Source: Azolla caroliniana
Taxonomy: Eukaryota; Plantae; Polypodiophyta
DNA length: 64,000 nucleotides
Reading direction: 5' to 3'
Assembly (NCBI GenBank): GCA_043228905.1
Contig: JBHGNT010000020.1
Span: 9,362,001-9,426,000, forward strand
This document shows positions 37,951 to 52,831 of this stretch, one piece after another. A program made the position numbers and the translations under genes. The stretch's first letter is position 1; each line of letters opens with the position of its first letter. A model generated the notes under the pieces. It was not told where the DNA came from and made no database searches. It saw only the letters and a list, made by a program, of their open reading frames with translations.

Positions 37951-40900
37951 TGTTGAGAGACAAGCTCAACATTGGGTGTGTAAAACCATACACACAACAT
38001 GGTCGTAACGATGCGTAAACCGAGAGGCTGTTAGAATGTTATTCCTCGTAAGGAATAATTTTGGAAGTAAGTGTAGGATGCTCATTCATGAGCAGTCAAG
38101 TACTATTAGTACTTGTGTTAGCCCAAAAGTCAGGGCTTGTATAAAAGGTGCTCACTAAGCACGAAGTATGTACAAAGAATTATTATTTGAATATAGTTAG
38201 TTGTTTCTACTCTCTCTCTCTCTCTCTGTCTCTCCCTCTATGTGTTTCTACGTTTTACCGAACTGTGTACGTTGTGCTTTTGCATACGCTTCCACACACA
38301 TATTCTTCTACATGGTATCAGAGCGTGAGGGTTGAGACTCCTCTGCAGCCGACAGAAAAGCTTGCGATAAAGAAAGAGTTAAGTTATTGTTTTCGGAAAG
38401 GATAAGACAACAATATGGACAGAGGAATGGGAAGCTCGCGACCAATTGAGAAGCTCGATAGGAGCAACTACACATCTTGGTCGTACAAGATGCACCAATA
38501 CCTGCTTGGTCATGGTTATTGGAGCTATGTCGAAGGAGCTAATGATACAACGCCCGAATTGACACATAGAGTTTTTTCGGCTTGGGAACAAGCGGCAAGC
38601 AGAGTTCTTTACTGCTTCACGTCATGTGTGAGCGACCAGCTCTTGAGCTACATTCGGGATGCTAAGACATCAAAGGACGCATGGGCGAATCTCAAGAGGA
38701 TTTTTGCCACTAGCACAATGGCCAGGAAGCTGCAGCTCAGGCCGGAGCTCAACAATGTCCGATAGAAATATCTGTATGTGGCTGATTACATGGCCCGAAT
38801 CAAGGATATCTGCGACTCTCTTGCCTCCGTCAACGTGAACATTGAGGAGGACGAAATGGTGCAGGTTTGTCTTGTCTTCAAAGTTCAGAGCACTTCGAAC
38901 GGTGGTTTGCACGAGGGAGAATACGCCTTCTTTCTTCGAGCTTCAGTCGATGTTGCTCATAGAGGAAAATCACGTGAGTGCATCGAAGAGTACGCACACC
39001 GACAACAAGATGTTGTACACGGAGGAAGATAGGCCCTGTGGTTGTGGTGAACGAGGCGGATCGGTGCGCAATGGATGTAGCCAAAAAGAGCAGAACGTGC
39101 GGCATAATCGAAATGTCGGAAGCAGTTCTGAACCCTCCGGAAGCAAGGGGAGTCATGGTGGCTCCGGAATCCAACAAGAGAAGGCCACGACGGAATGTTG
39201 GTATTGTGGCAAGAAAGGCCACAGGGAGAGCGAGTGCTGGAAAAAGAGAGCCGATTCGGACAAAGCCAGATCGAGTGGAAGAGATGCAGAGAGGCGTTAG
39301 AGGTCACACTACATGGAAGGCTTTGAACAAGCCGGAAATGGATCGGGCCCAGCCTTCGTAATGAAGCACAAGACGAATTCGATGGCCGTGAACACCTTGA
39401 AATCAAGTGAGGTGTGGTATGTTGATTCCGGAGCGTCAAATCATATTACGAGTCATGAGGAATGGTTCTCGTACTTGGAGAAACCGGAAAAACAAGGAGT
39501 GGTTGAAACGGGAGACGACATTCCGCATACCATCAAACATGTTGGAGAAGTTCCCCTCAGCCACATCGGGCAAAAAGGGAAACTTATGAATGTGTTGCAC
39601 GTCCTGACAATAACCAAGAACCTAGTGTCGGTCGGTCAGATTGTTGACTAGGGGATGCAAGTTTGATTCATGCACCTTGGGTGCTACATCGAAGAAGAAG
39701 CCAAAGTTATTGCGCGATGTTTATCCTCGACACCAATGAAGCCGGAACCGCACTGTTCGCGAAAGGACTGAAGGTCGAGTCGCCAACATGAATATGGAGA
39801 TTGAACAATTGGATGTCAAGTCAACATTCTTGCACGGGGAGTTAGGCAAAGAGATCTACATGCAGCAGCCTGAAGGCTTTGTGGAAAAAGGAAAAGAGAA
39901 ACTGGTGTGTCGACTGAAGGAAAACTTGTATGGTCTGAAACAAGCTCCACGCCAATGGTAAAAGAAGTTCAAATCCGTCATGTTGGAACATGGGTTCCAC
40001 AAAACACAAACAGATCACTGTGTATTCGTCAAAAGTTATGATGAAGGTGACTTCTTGATTCTCCTTTTATATGTGGACGACATGTTAATAGTTAGACAAG
40101 ATACTAATAAGATCAGGAGCTTGAAGAAAGCACTAGGCAAGACGTTTGCCATGAAAGATCTTGGATCAGCCAAACAGATCTTGGGGATGCACATAGTTCG
40201 AGATAGAACTAAGAAGGTGCTATTGTTGTCACAAGAGAAGTATGTGACAAAGATCTTAGAAAGATTTAACATGTCGGAAGGAAAGTTGGTCGGTTCTGCA
40301 TTGTCGACAAACTACAAGCTGAATACCAAGCAATGCCCGAAAAGGGAGAAGGAAAAGGCCACGATGACGAAAGTACCCTTGCCTCGGCTGTTAGCAGTTT
40401 AATGTATGCTATGGTTTGTACGAGACCAGACATAGCATTTGTTGTAGGAGAAATAAGCTAATATATGAGTAATCCAAGAAAAGAACATTGGGCAACAATC
40501 GAGTGGATACTCAAGTACTTGAAAGGCACCTCAGGGGTGTGCCTCAGGTATGGTGTCGGAAAACCTATGCTCGAAGGGTTATCGAGTCGGACATGTCGGG
40601 GGATGTAGACTAAAGTCGATCCGCATCAAGTTACGTGACGACCTATGTAGGGGGAGCAATGTCATGGCAATTGAGACTATAGAAGGTTGTGGCTTTGTTG
40701 ACCATAGAGGCAGAATACATGGTTGCGGTGGAGGCCGGAAAATAACTTAATTGGATGAAGAATTTCTTTTAAAGTGAACTAGGAATGAAGCAAGAGAGAT
40801 TCTTATTGCACTGTGATAATCAGAGTGCCATACATCTAGCCAATAACATTGCGTACCACTCCTAGACCAAGCACATACAGAGAAGGTATCACTAGTTGCG

Positions 40901-41290
40901 GGAGAATGTGGATGAGGGGGAGTTTACCCTTGTGAAGGTCCATACTACCGACAATGGATCCGACATGATTACCAAGAACCTACCTATGGACATACTTAGA
41001 GTCTGTCGACAAAAGACAAGACTGGCTTACTCCCTCCCACAAGAGTGAAGGGGGAGTTTGTTGGAAATATGTCCCTCCTGTGGAGGGAGTCGACTAGTCG
41101 GGCTGAGGAAGAGCCGACAATCAAAGACAGGGAAAAGAGTCGACATGGAGAGTTGACTAGGAGAGCCGACAATAAAGGATAGACAATCCAAGTCAAAGAC
41201 AAGACTGACTAGTTGGGGCGATTGGATAGTTGACATAAGAGTCAGCTAGTCGAACCGACTAGTCGATCCGTCGGCTGATTAACGATTACT
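37951..41290 (+). mobile_element. Chimeric copia: family B LTR/PBS/gag/PR joined near 39782 to Tork-like RT-RH, PPT and partial 3' LTR
   Basis: LTR 37951-38312, PBS 38313-38324, WYVDSGASNH, LLYVDD, PPT 41041-41058, a different LTR from 41059. Confidence 0.8.
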
Positions 41291-41567
41291 ATTATTATTA
41301 GATAATGACATCTAATGTAGTCATGCCTTTTGATAACTTTGGCAAGATAAATTCTTCACAATCTCTTGTAATTGAACCTGACGGTCCAAAAGGTCTTCAT
41401 CATGTGGATTATATTGCATCAATAATACATTGCATCGTGTAGGAATATGTGAAAACTTATCAATCAACTACCTACGTCTTTGAGTATTAGTTAAACAATA
41501 CATACAATGAATATGTTCAAATTTTTTAATGTTATATTGCATGCATATCATCCCTTTGGTACAAGTC

Positions 41568-42000
41568 GAGGAGGGGTATTTTGGGAATACTAGAAAATTA
41601 GCGGGAGGGGTATTTCGAGAATATCAGATAATTAGCGAGAGAAGTATTTTGGGAATACCAGAAAACATAGCAAGAGGAGTATTTGGGAAATATCGGAAAA
41701 TTAGGAGGAGTATTTGGGGAACATTGGAAAATTAGTAGCAGGGGTATTTTGGCAATATCAGATAATTAGCAAGAGAGGTATTTTGGGGAAATGTATGTAG
41801 TAGGAATGGTACGTTGGGAATATCGGGAAATTATCGAGAGGGGTGTTTCGGGAATATCAGATAATTAGCGAGAGAGGTATTTTGGGAATATTGGAAACGT
41901 AGCAAGAGGAGGAGTTTTTGGGGAATATCGGAAAATTAGCGGGAGGGGTATTTGGGGAATATCGCGAAAATTAGGGGAGGGGTATTATGGGAATATCGGA
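41568..42000. repeat. Degenerate ~30-bp tandem array (GAGGGGTATTTTGGGAATATCGGAAAATTAGC) in the proximal promoter region
   Basis: About 14 units ending ~190 bp before the PAB ATG. Confidence 0.85.
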
Positions 42001-42187
42001 AACTTGGCAAGCTTTCACGGCACTTGCCATTCATTATGTAGCTTCTTCTTCTTCTTCTTCTTCTTCTTCTTCTTGTCGTCTTTGCAGGTCGCCCCCGTCT
42101 TCTTCGTCGGAAGAACGCACACAGACTGAGAAGGGAAAGAAAACACAGAGAAGACAGACAGACAGACAGACAGACAGACACAGCAGC

Positions 42188-45100
42188 ATGGGAGACAGCC
42201 AGTACTCCTTCTCTCTCACCACCTTCAGCCCTTCAGGGAAACTCGTACAGATCGAGCATGCTCTCATGGCTGTTGGATCTGGCCAGACCTCGCTTGGTAT
42301 CAAAGGTTAGCTCTCTCTTTCAATCGCTCTTCCTTCTCTCCTTTCCGTGCTTTCATTCTTTCCTGATGTTTATATGTTTTCCAAACTCAAGCGCGTGAAG
42401 CTCATTGTTCTGTGCTTGGAACGTTCCTACACACTGGATGTCCGGATGTAAAATTTGGAAGAAAAATCTGTCCTGCAATATTACATATTGAGATTTTTAC
42501 GTGTGTAGTTCATTGCATTGTGACTGTTGTGATTGTGAACTCTGAACTTTCTGCATTTATTTCTGATGGAAAACTCACAAAGTCCATTACTGATTTAGCT
42601 CATTTTGGGCATGCCTGTCTGTCTCGCGGAACTCTCTGGATGTACTCATGGGAAGATTCGTAAGTTTCTGCTTTGTTTCATTTTTGTTTGTTTTAAAAGA
42701 TCTTCCAGCACATGCTGTTTTCTACTTCTATATTTTTTTCTTTCCTGAAAGGCTATGTCTTGAGTTCCAGACCTGTGTATTTCATTCATTGCATTTTTCT
42801 TGGAAACTCTGAACTATCTGGACTTTTATTTCTTTCTTTTCTCAAAGGCTATATATTGAGTTTCAGACCTTTGTATTTCATTACATTATTCTTGGAAACT
42901 CTGAACTATTTTCAGCCAGATCCATCAGTTTCTGTGGAAATGCCATTTTTCGCGACTATTGTGAACACTAAACTATCTCCGTGCTTTGATGTAAACTTTA
43001 AGATCCATTAGTTTCTGAGTAAATGCCTTTTTCCAGTTTTCATTTTTGTTGAAAATTTATATGCAGCCCTAGCTTTTTGCTCAAAAGTGTGACAATTATA
43101 ATAGACAATGTAAGTTTGAAGTTTCGTTTGTGTTCAAGGATTGGCAAAAACACTACCTTTCTTGGCAGAGGTCTGATGTCTTATACTTCTGATAAAAGCT
43201 TCTGGTCTTTTTGAAAGATTGTATGAAGCACTAGCATTGACATGAGAGGTATGATCATTACGTCAATACTCTTTTTTTTATTGAAATATTGTCCAAAACA
43301 TTAGAACTGTGATAAGAAGTCTGATCATTATATTGACGACCAACGTTTGTGTGTTGAAAATTGTCCAAAGCCCTAGCTTTCTTCTCAGGAGTCTGGTCGT
43401 TATAGATATTACCCCTTATTTTCAAGATTTGTTTTGTCAAAAGATTGTCTACCACACTATATTTGTGGTTAGAAGACTGATCACTATAGTTATGATCAGT
43501 TCTTTGTTAAAAGTCAATCCAAAGCCCTACCTTTCTGTATTCAGAAGTCTTGTAATTATACCTATAAATAGGTCTGTTTCTACTTTGTTGCTCTTTGTGC
43601 ATTAATATCCTGGTATTTAAACATTTGCGCTGCATTTCATTGCATCATTCTTGGAAAGCGCAACACGCCAAATGTTCTGTTTGAAATTTGAAAGATCCTT
43701 TCGTTTCTCCACCAAATGCCATTTGTTTTTTCGTAGCTTTTTGTCAAAAGATTGTCCTAAACGCTTGAAATTCTATCATTATATTTGTGCCACATCCTCA
43801 AGCTCATCCCAAATTTGAACCATTGATGTTTGAAGATAGCATAGAACTTTCATGAGATGTAAAAATGTGCATTATGGTTGGGAATTTTCCACTTTCTGGA
43901 ATGTCAGGTAGGTATTAGCATCTGGTCTGTCTTGCCTATCATCTATAATGTTCAAAGATGTGAAAATATGTTGTATTGAAATATCAACTTTTTCCTTCCT
44001 AGATTTTTTGTTTCTGACCGAACTTTTTTAATTTCATTTGTATGCCTCTTATTTGAGATTCACTTTAATGTTTTAAAAGTCCATGGAGCCATATTCTGTT
44101 TACTCTTATCTTGACAAGAATATTTTTTCAGTGTGCATTTTCTTGTATTGTCTTTACTGATAGTCTTTTTTAATAAGATTTATGGAGTGCTAAAAAGTGT
44201 ACATAATTATTATTATTATTTTTTTTCTGTACCATTGATCTGGATCTCTGGGTGTGTTGGTACAGCCGCAAATGGAGTGGTGATAGCTACAGAGAAGAAA
44301 CTGCCTTCAATTCTTGTTGATGAAACTTCGGTATGTCTATCTTAAGTTTAGTGTTATTATTTATCGCCACTGCCTGGTGGACTATTGCACAGAACAAATT
44401 TTGGCTTCTAACATGTAATGGTGATTAACTCTATGTTTTATTTTATTTTACATGGTATCCATAGGTTAAGAAAATACAGTTGCTTACTCCAAACATCGGC
44501 GTTGCTTATAGGTTTGCATTAAATGATTCAGTGCTGGTCTGTACAAATGAAGGTTCATATATAATCTGGCTATAAATAATCTCCCGGCTTCTTTATTTGC
44601 AGTGGAATGGGTCCTGATTCTCGTGTTTTAGTGAGGAAAAGTAGGAAGCAATCGCAACAATATTATCGAGTTTACAAGGTTGTTTCTTTATCCACTATGA
44701 TCACTGTTTTTTACTTTTTCTCCAAATCTTCTTTTGAATGGTTTGATCAACTTGCAGCATAGGTTTTCTGTATGCACTATGATCTGATGTTTCTTTATCT
44801 GTCACAGGAGAATATTCCTGTCTTGCAACTAGTAAGAGAGACAGCAGCAGTAATGCAAGAGTTTACACAGTCTGGGTGGGTAATATAAGCATTTTTGTTA
44901 CATTTAACAATACTTTTATATGTTGCTTATTACTTTATAATGATTTTATTTCAGAAGTGATTTGCTCTTATGAACTCTTCTCTTGCATTGATGAAAAATT
45001 TTCTTCTGTCAATAGAAGCCCAACATATAAGATGGAGTTTCACTATATAAGTGTTCTATTGCACTGCCTCTTTAAATGTGACTTTTCTTGCACTATTAAT

Positions 45101-47975
45101 TATTGTGGTTTTATTTGATGATTTTTGTTTCTAATACATATCTTTATGATAAATTTTGGTAGAATAGAAATCTAATTATTATAGTTTACTTATTCTTGAT
45201 GTTACCTAGTGGAAATAATTTTGTAACTTGTAGGAATAGGCATATGACATAGGTCACAGTATTTAAGCTGCTTGTGCTAGAGATTTGTAGGAAATCTACT
45301 AAAAACGAAGTTTTCTTTTAAATACAGAGGAGTGAGACCATTTGGAGTTTCCCTACTTGTTGCAGGCTATGATGACAATGGGCCACAGTTATTTCAGGTG
45401 ATAATCAGTGTTTTCTTATTGATTTAGGTGGTTCCATATATACCTAAAGTAGATTAATATAAGGTATTGGGGCCTATCTTATGTTAGTTCAATTTTAATA
45501 TCAAGACGTTCCTTGATTATCTGTATCAGGTTGATCCCTCAGGCTCATATTTCTCTTGGAAGGCATCAGCGATTGGAAAGAATGTATCTAATGCAAAAAC
45601 TTTCCTGGAAAAAAGGTCCTGTGATGAAATCTGATTCTCTGAGTCCAATCAAAGCATGCCCTAATAGATGATAGATGTAACTTGATAGAATTAGTAATTG
45701 GTTTTGCTTTTGATGTTTTTCCTAGATTTACCTTTCATGTTTCTATTCATACTTTCTCCTGGAATTGTTAATTCTTTTGAATGTACTAATTTTGATATTA
45801 GATAGGGAAGTTTGAGTAAGTAATGGGTTTGTGTATGGCTGCAAATCAAGGATGGTGTCCACTACTTGAACTACAGAAGTGCAGCAAGAATTTGAGAACA
45901 CTTGGAGAGACTCATATTGTAGATTCTGTGACCACATGTAACATTCTGGTGGAATACTGAAGATTAAGAGGTTATAAGAGTTTTGCATCTTGATATTTCA
46001 GTCAGCCTCTGCTGGATGGCTTTGTAATGATGGCAAGCTGCAAGCCTATGCCTCTACTAAGTCACATGTTTTAAAGATATCAGATTTGACTAGATAAAGG
46101 GATGGGCTAATATGTCATAAAAGTACCAGAGGCAGCAGCTGATATTAGAAGTGAGGAAGAGGGATAAAAAAAGAAAAGCTGTTGTGGTTGAATGAACTAA
46201 ATGTGGCCACAGCAGGAAGGAGTGCAGGTTCTTCTCAACTTGAATCCAGGACATAGAGTTTTAAGAGTTGGAGCATATGTGTAAAAAGGAAAAGCTGTTG
46301 TAGTTTCATGAACTGAATGTGGCCACAGCTGGAAAAAGCTTAGGTTCTTCACAATTTAAAGCCAGTACACAGGGTTTTAAGAGTTGAGGTTTTTGTATAA
46401 AGGTTAAAAAAAGTTACATGAACTGAAACTTTGCAGAGCATGGCTCGTAATATATAATATAAAGACAGTGCACAGACCAACTCTCAGTTTTAAAAGGTTC
46501 GGAAATATAGTGAATCGTTAAAATGCAGACGAAGAAGAATGATTTTTATAAGCAAAAACATGAGCCACATAGCAACATTTTTATGAGCGAAAACATGAGC
46601 CACATCACATAGCGACAGAAGTCAGAATATAAAGGTGATGTAAATGTAAATGCTAATAGAGGAGAAGCAGAAAGGGTTGGAAGCTGAGAATGCAAGAATA
46701 GAAATTGCAGCATCAAGAGGAGAATTGGTTATCCCAGATGTTTGTAACGAGCGTTGTAGTCTATTATTTAGCTAGAATCAAGATGTTATATTTAACTCTT
46801 CATTCTTTGTCCCTCTAGTGTAGTATTGGGTCGCATTCTATCAAATTTTATGAGTCAAGGAGGTCAAGTTGATTTTCCTTGCAGTGAATGTTCCTTATCA
46901 GACGAGGTTTCATTTGCTCCACATTGAACACTCAGCCCAATCTCTACTTTGAATTTTTTTGATACAAATCTACTCTGGATATGAAAGACATGAATACGAA
47001 TGTGTTTGGGATGCACATAGGCAACTGGAATTCTCAGGGATAGACGATTTAGAATTCATTTCATTTTTAAATTATGAGTATATGAATGAATCTAGATGTA
47101 CATGACAGTAATTGCAAGTGGTAGACGGTGCTAAGATCAGTTGCATTACAATGGCTTGCTTTAATTTAATGTTTTTTTTTTATGTATAGTGGTATTCAAT
47201 CTACTTTTGTATGCCAAATTTGTTCTTGTTGTTTGTATTTGTATGTTTGTGCTTGTTTTCCTCTATAAGATTTATAGTTGTACACTGTCCCGTTTTTATA
47301 CATTGTTGAAGCCTACAAAATAACCTTGCACATCCTCCTCTCCTTCAGGTACACTGATGATATGGAACTGGAAGATGCTGTCCACACAGCAATACTGACT
47401 TTGAAGGAAGGGTAGGATGCTAATTTATGTCTGTATGTACACATTCACAATATATAAAATATCCCTGTACACAAATGAATGAGCCGAATATTGGACTCAG
47501 TCAGTTTGTGCATTGCAAATTGTTTGAACATTGGTTGACTTCCATTTTAGTTCATGGATTCACATGTTAGAATAAAATGTTGTGCATGGCAGATTTGAGG
47601 GCCAAATATCAGGAAAGAATATCGAAATTGGAGTCATTGGATCTGATAGAGTTTTTAGGTAAGCCTTATATCATGGTGATTTGTTGGAAAACAACTTCTT
47701 AACGTTTTGAATATTTACCAGAATATCCTTCCAAAAACTACTAAAATAACCCTCTAGCCATAATTTGTTGTTAAAGGGGTATTTTGGTATTTGTGTTTTG
47801 AAGACTTAAAAGGGATTCTGGTAAATATCTGAAAGGTTTGGGGTATTGTTTGTGCCTTTCCCATTCCTTTTAAATAATGAACCATTAGTATGTTTATGAT
47901 AGCAATCATGTGTTATCTTGATGCAGGGTGTTGACTCCAGCTGAGATTGATGATTATTTAGCTGAAGTGGAATAA
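42188..47975 (+). CDS. PAB1: 20S proteasome subunit alpha type-2 (235 aa, 10 exons)
   Basis: Exons 42188-42305, 44266-44330, 44465-44511, 44603-44678, 44808-44875, 45328-45397, 45530-45615, 47349-47411, 47593-47658, 47927-47975; all introns GT-AG; 708 nt in frame; [42 protein letters not shown]. Confidence 0.97.
47710..47830. repeat. Short imperfect inverted repeat (MITE/MULE-like) in the last intron
   Basis: ATATTTACCAGAAT..AAAATAACCCT versus AGGGGTATTTT..ATTCTGGTAAATAT. Confidence 0.5.
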
Positions 47976-48639
47976 TTGAAGTTCCATAATGATCTTTATA
48001 CGTTTAGATTCCAAGGGCATTTCTATAAAAAGATCCCTTGCAAATATTCCCTAGAAATTTACACGGTTTGTGTAATTTTGGAACCAAGTTTTCATTGGGT
48101 GGGAATTTTAATCTATTCGATTTTTTGTACTTTTCCTAGTTATAATTAAAGTCTATCTGCACATGATTATACTAGCAAAGATGCTCTGTGATTCAGAGGA
48201 GAGTTGTGAAATGTTACAGTATTGAGTTAATTATCATATCAGTCTTAAGTTTGTGACATAATTGAAATTAACCTCCTTTTACAGTAAACAATCTGATAAG
48301 TATCTAGTAGAACCATCCACAAGATTGAACAATCAGTTTGGTCTCTCATAATACCAATGTCATAGTCTATATGCTAATTGAAATTGGCCTAAATCTCATC
48401 GGCTCAAGTAAAAACTCTTATTGCCAAGAATGTTTTCTTTTTGGTATTTATTCTAATAAATTGGAGCACAAATATATTACAGTTTATTTATATCATAATT
48501 TTTTGCTATCATGAAGACGTAGGTTTGCATTTTGGTTGATTGTTATAGTTTATTTATATCATAATTTTTTGCTATCATGAAGACGTAGCTTTGCATTTTG
48601 GTTGATTGAAAGAAAGCATGAATATGGCTGGTAAGGTAA

Positions 48640-50310
48640 TGCCCATTGAAGATCTATTGTCGATGATGTCCTAATTCCAAAACGAAGTCATAATACTCAT
48701 TGTAGAGATTGCCAATAGACTGATGGTGTTCTACGATTGGAAAATGCAAGTACATATCCAATGCTCTTGGGACAACCATATCTCCAAACATTTGGGATTA
48801 TACATTAGCATTGTTAAGTTTTTATCCAAAAATGACCAAAGAAAAATGGGATACAGGAAATGTGGCACATGCCAACATCATAGTGTTAGAATTGTCATAT
48901 TATTTTTGGGATATTTGTTTGCTAACTACTTGCCTATGTTAGCTAATATGAATCATGAGGATATTTTGGGGTTGAGTCGAATTCTATTAGTGATATCGAA
49001 GTTGGGTAAGTATTCTAAATCTATGGATGTGAGACTATGGAAAAGATCAATTTCCATGAGAATGGACTCTTAACAAGCACTTCATGACATGGGTAGTAGT
49101 ACAAGAGAGCAAGTAGGGCGAAAGTGTAATGTTAACTTTGGTGAGCAATTATTGTAGAATTAGTGGCCATTTTGACACAAATAGATATCTTCCTATCTTT
49201 TTAATGTCCATGTGAGATTGATTCCAATCTATTAGATTGGGCCTAGCACATTGTGAGGATTGAACTTTGGGTTCTTTCAAATCTATGACTTTGATGTTGT
49301 ACTATAAACCACCAAGAGAGAGAGAGAGAGAGAGAGAGAGGAAGAGCATTGTTGCATGGATCTTTGCCATTGAAAGCAAATGTTGCACCTTGGGTGGATT
49401 GGCCGTTACAAGATGGTACATACTTGTTACAAGTCACTACAAATATTTTGTATCATCATGCAATGACATCATTATCTTGGCTATCCCCAAAGTAGAAACG
49501 TCATGGAATGTATTAAATCGAATGCAAGGTGGTGGAAAATATGACAATGTGGTTGGCATTCCCATTTGCCATTTCATGGAAAGGTAATCATATGGAGAGT
49601 TATGATTGGTGGGCTCCCATTAGGTTCAGCCTTAAAGAGACGAGGACTAAGGTCAAACACATGTTTCTTTTGCACCATTCCGTTGGAGGACAGTACACAT
49701 AGGTTCATTAAATGTCCTATAATGTGTTCCATTTGGAATAACTTATTGGACGTTAATTAAGTTTTAACCCATTGTTATTTGAGGCCTAAACAATGGGTTT
49801 TTTCACAGTATGTTCAAAATGGTCCAAATGACGAGATGGAGATATTGTTCCAATGTTTACGATATTAGAGACTACACCACAAATGGAATATGTGTAATGC
49901 TTTCATGTTTGACAGTAGACATGGGGTGAAAGCCTATATGAAGAAGTTGAAAGGTATTCTTATGTGGAATTTTTGGATGTTAGGGCATGTGGGGATCATT
50001 TTGCTCAAATGCATATTCAAGTTTTCTGGTGGCGTTACAAGACGTCCCTCTCCCTACATAGGATATATAGGTAGAGGAGACGAAGAACTGTTTAACAAGT
50101 GGATTTTACGTGTGCTTTTACAAAAGAGATAGATAGATTCTATTATCGTCTTCGAAGGTCAAACATGACCTATGAGACCAAAAATATTACATTTCATGTG
50201 GTACATGTAAAAGTGAGTATCGACTCTCGATGTTCAAGAACTTTACCAATGAATGTTGCAATTGAGAGTGCACATTGTGGTTGTGACCGAAATTAGTCCA
50301 AGGATTGGGC
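48640..50310 (+). mobile_element. Degenerate L1-type LINE 3' part
   Basis: WRVMIGGLPLG..CFFCTIPLEDSTHRFIKCP zf-RVT-like motif; homologous to 5330-5940. Confidence 0.65.
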
Positions 50311-50329
50311 TTGGTCGAAGATGTGTGGA

Positions 50330-50600
50330 AAGCATAGTCGAATATGATCAAAGGCAGAGTATTGTATCAAAGTGTAATACTAAGACTATCAAACTTGTTT
50401 AGTGCAAAGTGTGAATAGCTGGCCACTCTCATCACTTGTGCCCCAACGCCCCGTCTCACATCGCAATGCATGGGAGCTAAGTCGCATGGAAGTAATGGTT
50501 TGAATGGGAGATAATGGGATGAGCTCTAACATATATCGATGTGTACGGTTTCCCTGTTCCACGATGAATATGGTTTTGTAGTTAGGTGCAACATGTGTAT
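50330..50600 (-). mobile_element. RTE-like LINE 3' fragment
   Basis: RLSSHALRCETGRW..CTKQV C-terminal motif typical of non-LTR ORF2 ends. Confidence 0.55.
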
Positions 50601-50858
50601 GATTCCTCATCTTCTTATCTTAGATTGGTAGGATATGATATTAACAATGCCATTATCGAAGGATTGTACACTTACATAGGATATGATCTTACAAAGTCAA
50701 TTACCAAAGAACTCTATAGTTCCATAGAATATGATCTTAGCAACTCAACTACAAAAGGAATCTACATTTCCACATTTTCATCCATCACAATATCTTCATC
50801 TAATAGATAGTTCTCTAGTTTATTAACATGAAATGCAAGATGGATACGCCTAGAACTT

Positions 50859-52767
50859 TGTTGAGCGAACAAGCTCAACTGGATCCAGATCGGTTGAATA
50901 AGTGAGAGCAGGATTGGAGTCCAGAAAAAAGGACCGGATCGGCATCCGGAACCAGGAGTTGGATCGGAGAACCAGATCGTAATCTGGATTGGATTGAATC
51001 CGGTTGGCTATTAGAGGCATATGACTCTAGCCTAGTACGTAGGCATATTTTTGGTAGTAAGTGTCTAATGCTCTGTATGAGCATTAAAGTACTTGTCAGT
51101 CCTTTAAGAACTTGTATAAATATGTTGTAAAGCAAAATTGAGTAAGTTTAAATTTTTAGTTTTCTGCTCTAACTCTGTCTCTCCCGCATACTATGTTAAG
51201 CTTCCAGTAAACATTCATCTTTGTGTTCTGTCGTTACTCGGGTCAACCGGTTTTGTCTACGGTTCCGCACTTTCACTTTATAGGGTATCAAAGCGTGAGG
51301 GTTGAGAACCTTTGCTGTCAACAAGTGATTTCCTTAGACGAACCCTAACACCCGATAAAAAACAAGAAGGAAAGAATGGACAGAGGAATGGCTAGCTCGC
51401 TTCCGACGGAGAAGCTCGACAGAACTAACTACACATCTTGGTCGTACAAGATGCACCAGTACTTGCTTGGGCATGGCTATTGGAGTTATATTGACGGAGC
51501 TAATGATACGACACCTAATGCGGCATAAGGGAACAAGCGGCAAGTAGGGTGATGTATTGCTTTGCGTCCAGTGTCGAGGATCAACTGCTTAGCTATATTC
51601 GGGACACCAAGACGCCAAAGGAAGCTTGGGGAAACCTGAAGAAGGTCTTTGCTGCAAGCACCACGACCCGGAATCTACAACTCTGATAGGAGTTGAGCAA
51701 CGTCTGATAGAAAGACACGTCGGTGGTCGATTACACGGCCCAGATTAAAGAGATCTATGACTCCCTTGCCTCCGTCAACGTGACTGTCAAGCAGGATGAG
51801 ATGGTGCAGGTTTGTCTCGAGGGCCTGGCATCGAAGTTCGGAGCATTCCAAACGGCGGTCTGTACAAGGGAGAATATGCCCTTGTTTTTTGACTTACAAT
51901 CGATGCTCCTTGTAGAGGAGAACCACGTGAGTGCGTCGACGAGTACGCAAACCAGCAACAAGATGCTATACACGGAGGCAGAGAGGCCCCGTGGACGTGG
52001 CGGTCAAGGGGGATTGACACAATGTAGGCAACCAACAAGAGCAGAATCGGAGGCACAAAGATGGTACAAACAGCAATCCGGACCCTCCGGAAATGGAGGG
52101 AGTCAAAGCGGTGTCGAAAACTGGCAAGGAAAGGCCGAAACACAATGCTGGTACTGTGGTCGAAACGGCCACAAAGAGAGCGAGTACTGGAAAAAAGGGT
52201 TGATTCGAACAAATCCGGATTGAGCCGGAGAGACGTAGATAGGCGTCACCAATCACATTTTGCCGGAGGCTCAGAGAGAGCCGGGTTAGGATCGACCCTC
52301 GTAATGAAGCATAAGGCCAACCAAATGGTTGCATCCAACTCACTCGAAGTCGGAAGAAGTTTGGTACGTGGACTCGGAGCTTCAAACCACATGAGGAACC
52401 ACAAAGAGTGGTTCTCCTTTCTTGAGGAGCTGGAGACTGTCATAATATGGCAAGACTCGAACCCATGACCTTATGTTATATGGGTCAAACTCTTGACCAT
52501 TATACCATCTATTGTAATATGTAAAATATTATTTTCATTTAAGTTTTATTATAGGAAATTAATGTATATTCTAGATTTCTCTGGAACATTCTAGAAGCTT
52601 CAGGATTACTCCTGAGAAAACTATAGAAGAAGGCACTAGGCATTATGTTGAACCAAATTGGTTCCACGCCAGTCTTAAGTCTCTTAGCCATTTTGTACTT
52701 ATCCTTCACATAATATATTGGTTGTTATCATCATCACTCTCTCTCTCATCCTCGCTATCTCTCTTTT

Positions 52768-52831
<64 letters not shown>

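Noticed and set aside
41987-42187. N-terminal extension of the proteasome subunit
   Set aside because: It runs through (TTC)n and (GACA)n microsatellites; the conserved protein starts at ATG 42188
48481-48608. ~66-bp tandem duplication (also an ~104-bp pair at 46180-46390)
   Set aside because: Ordinary local duplications with no further structure
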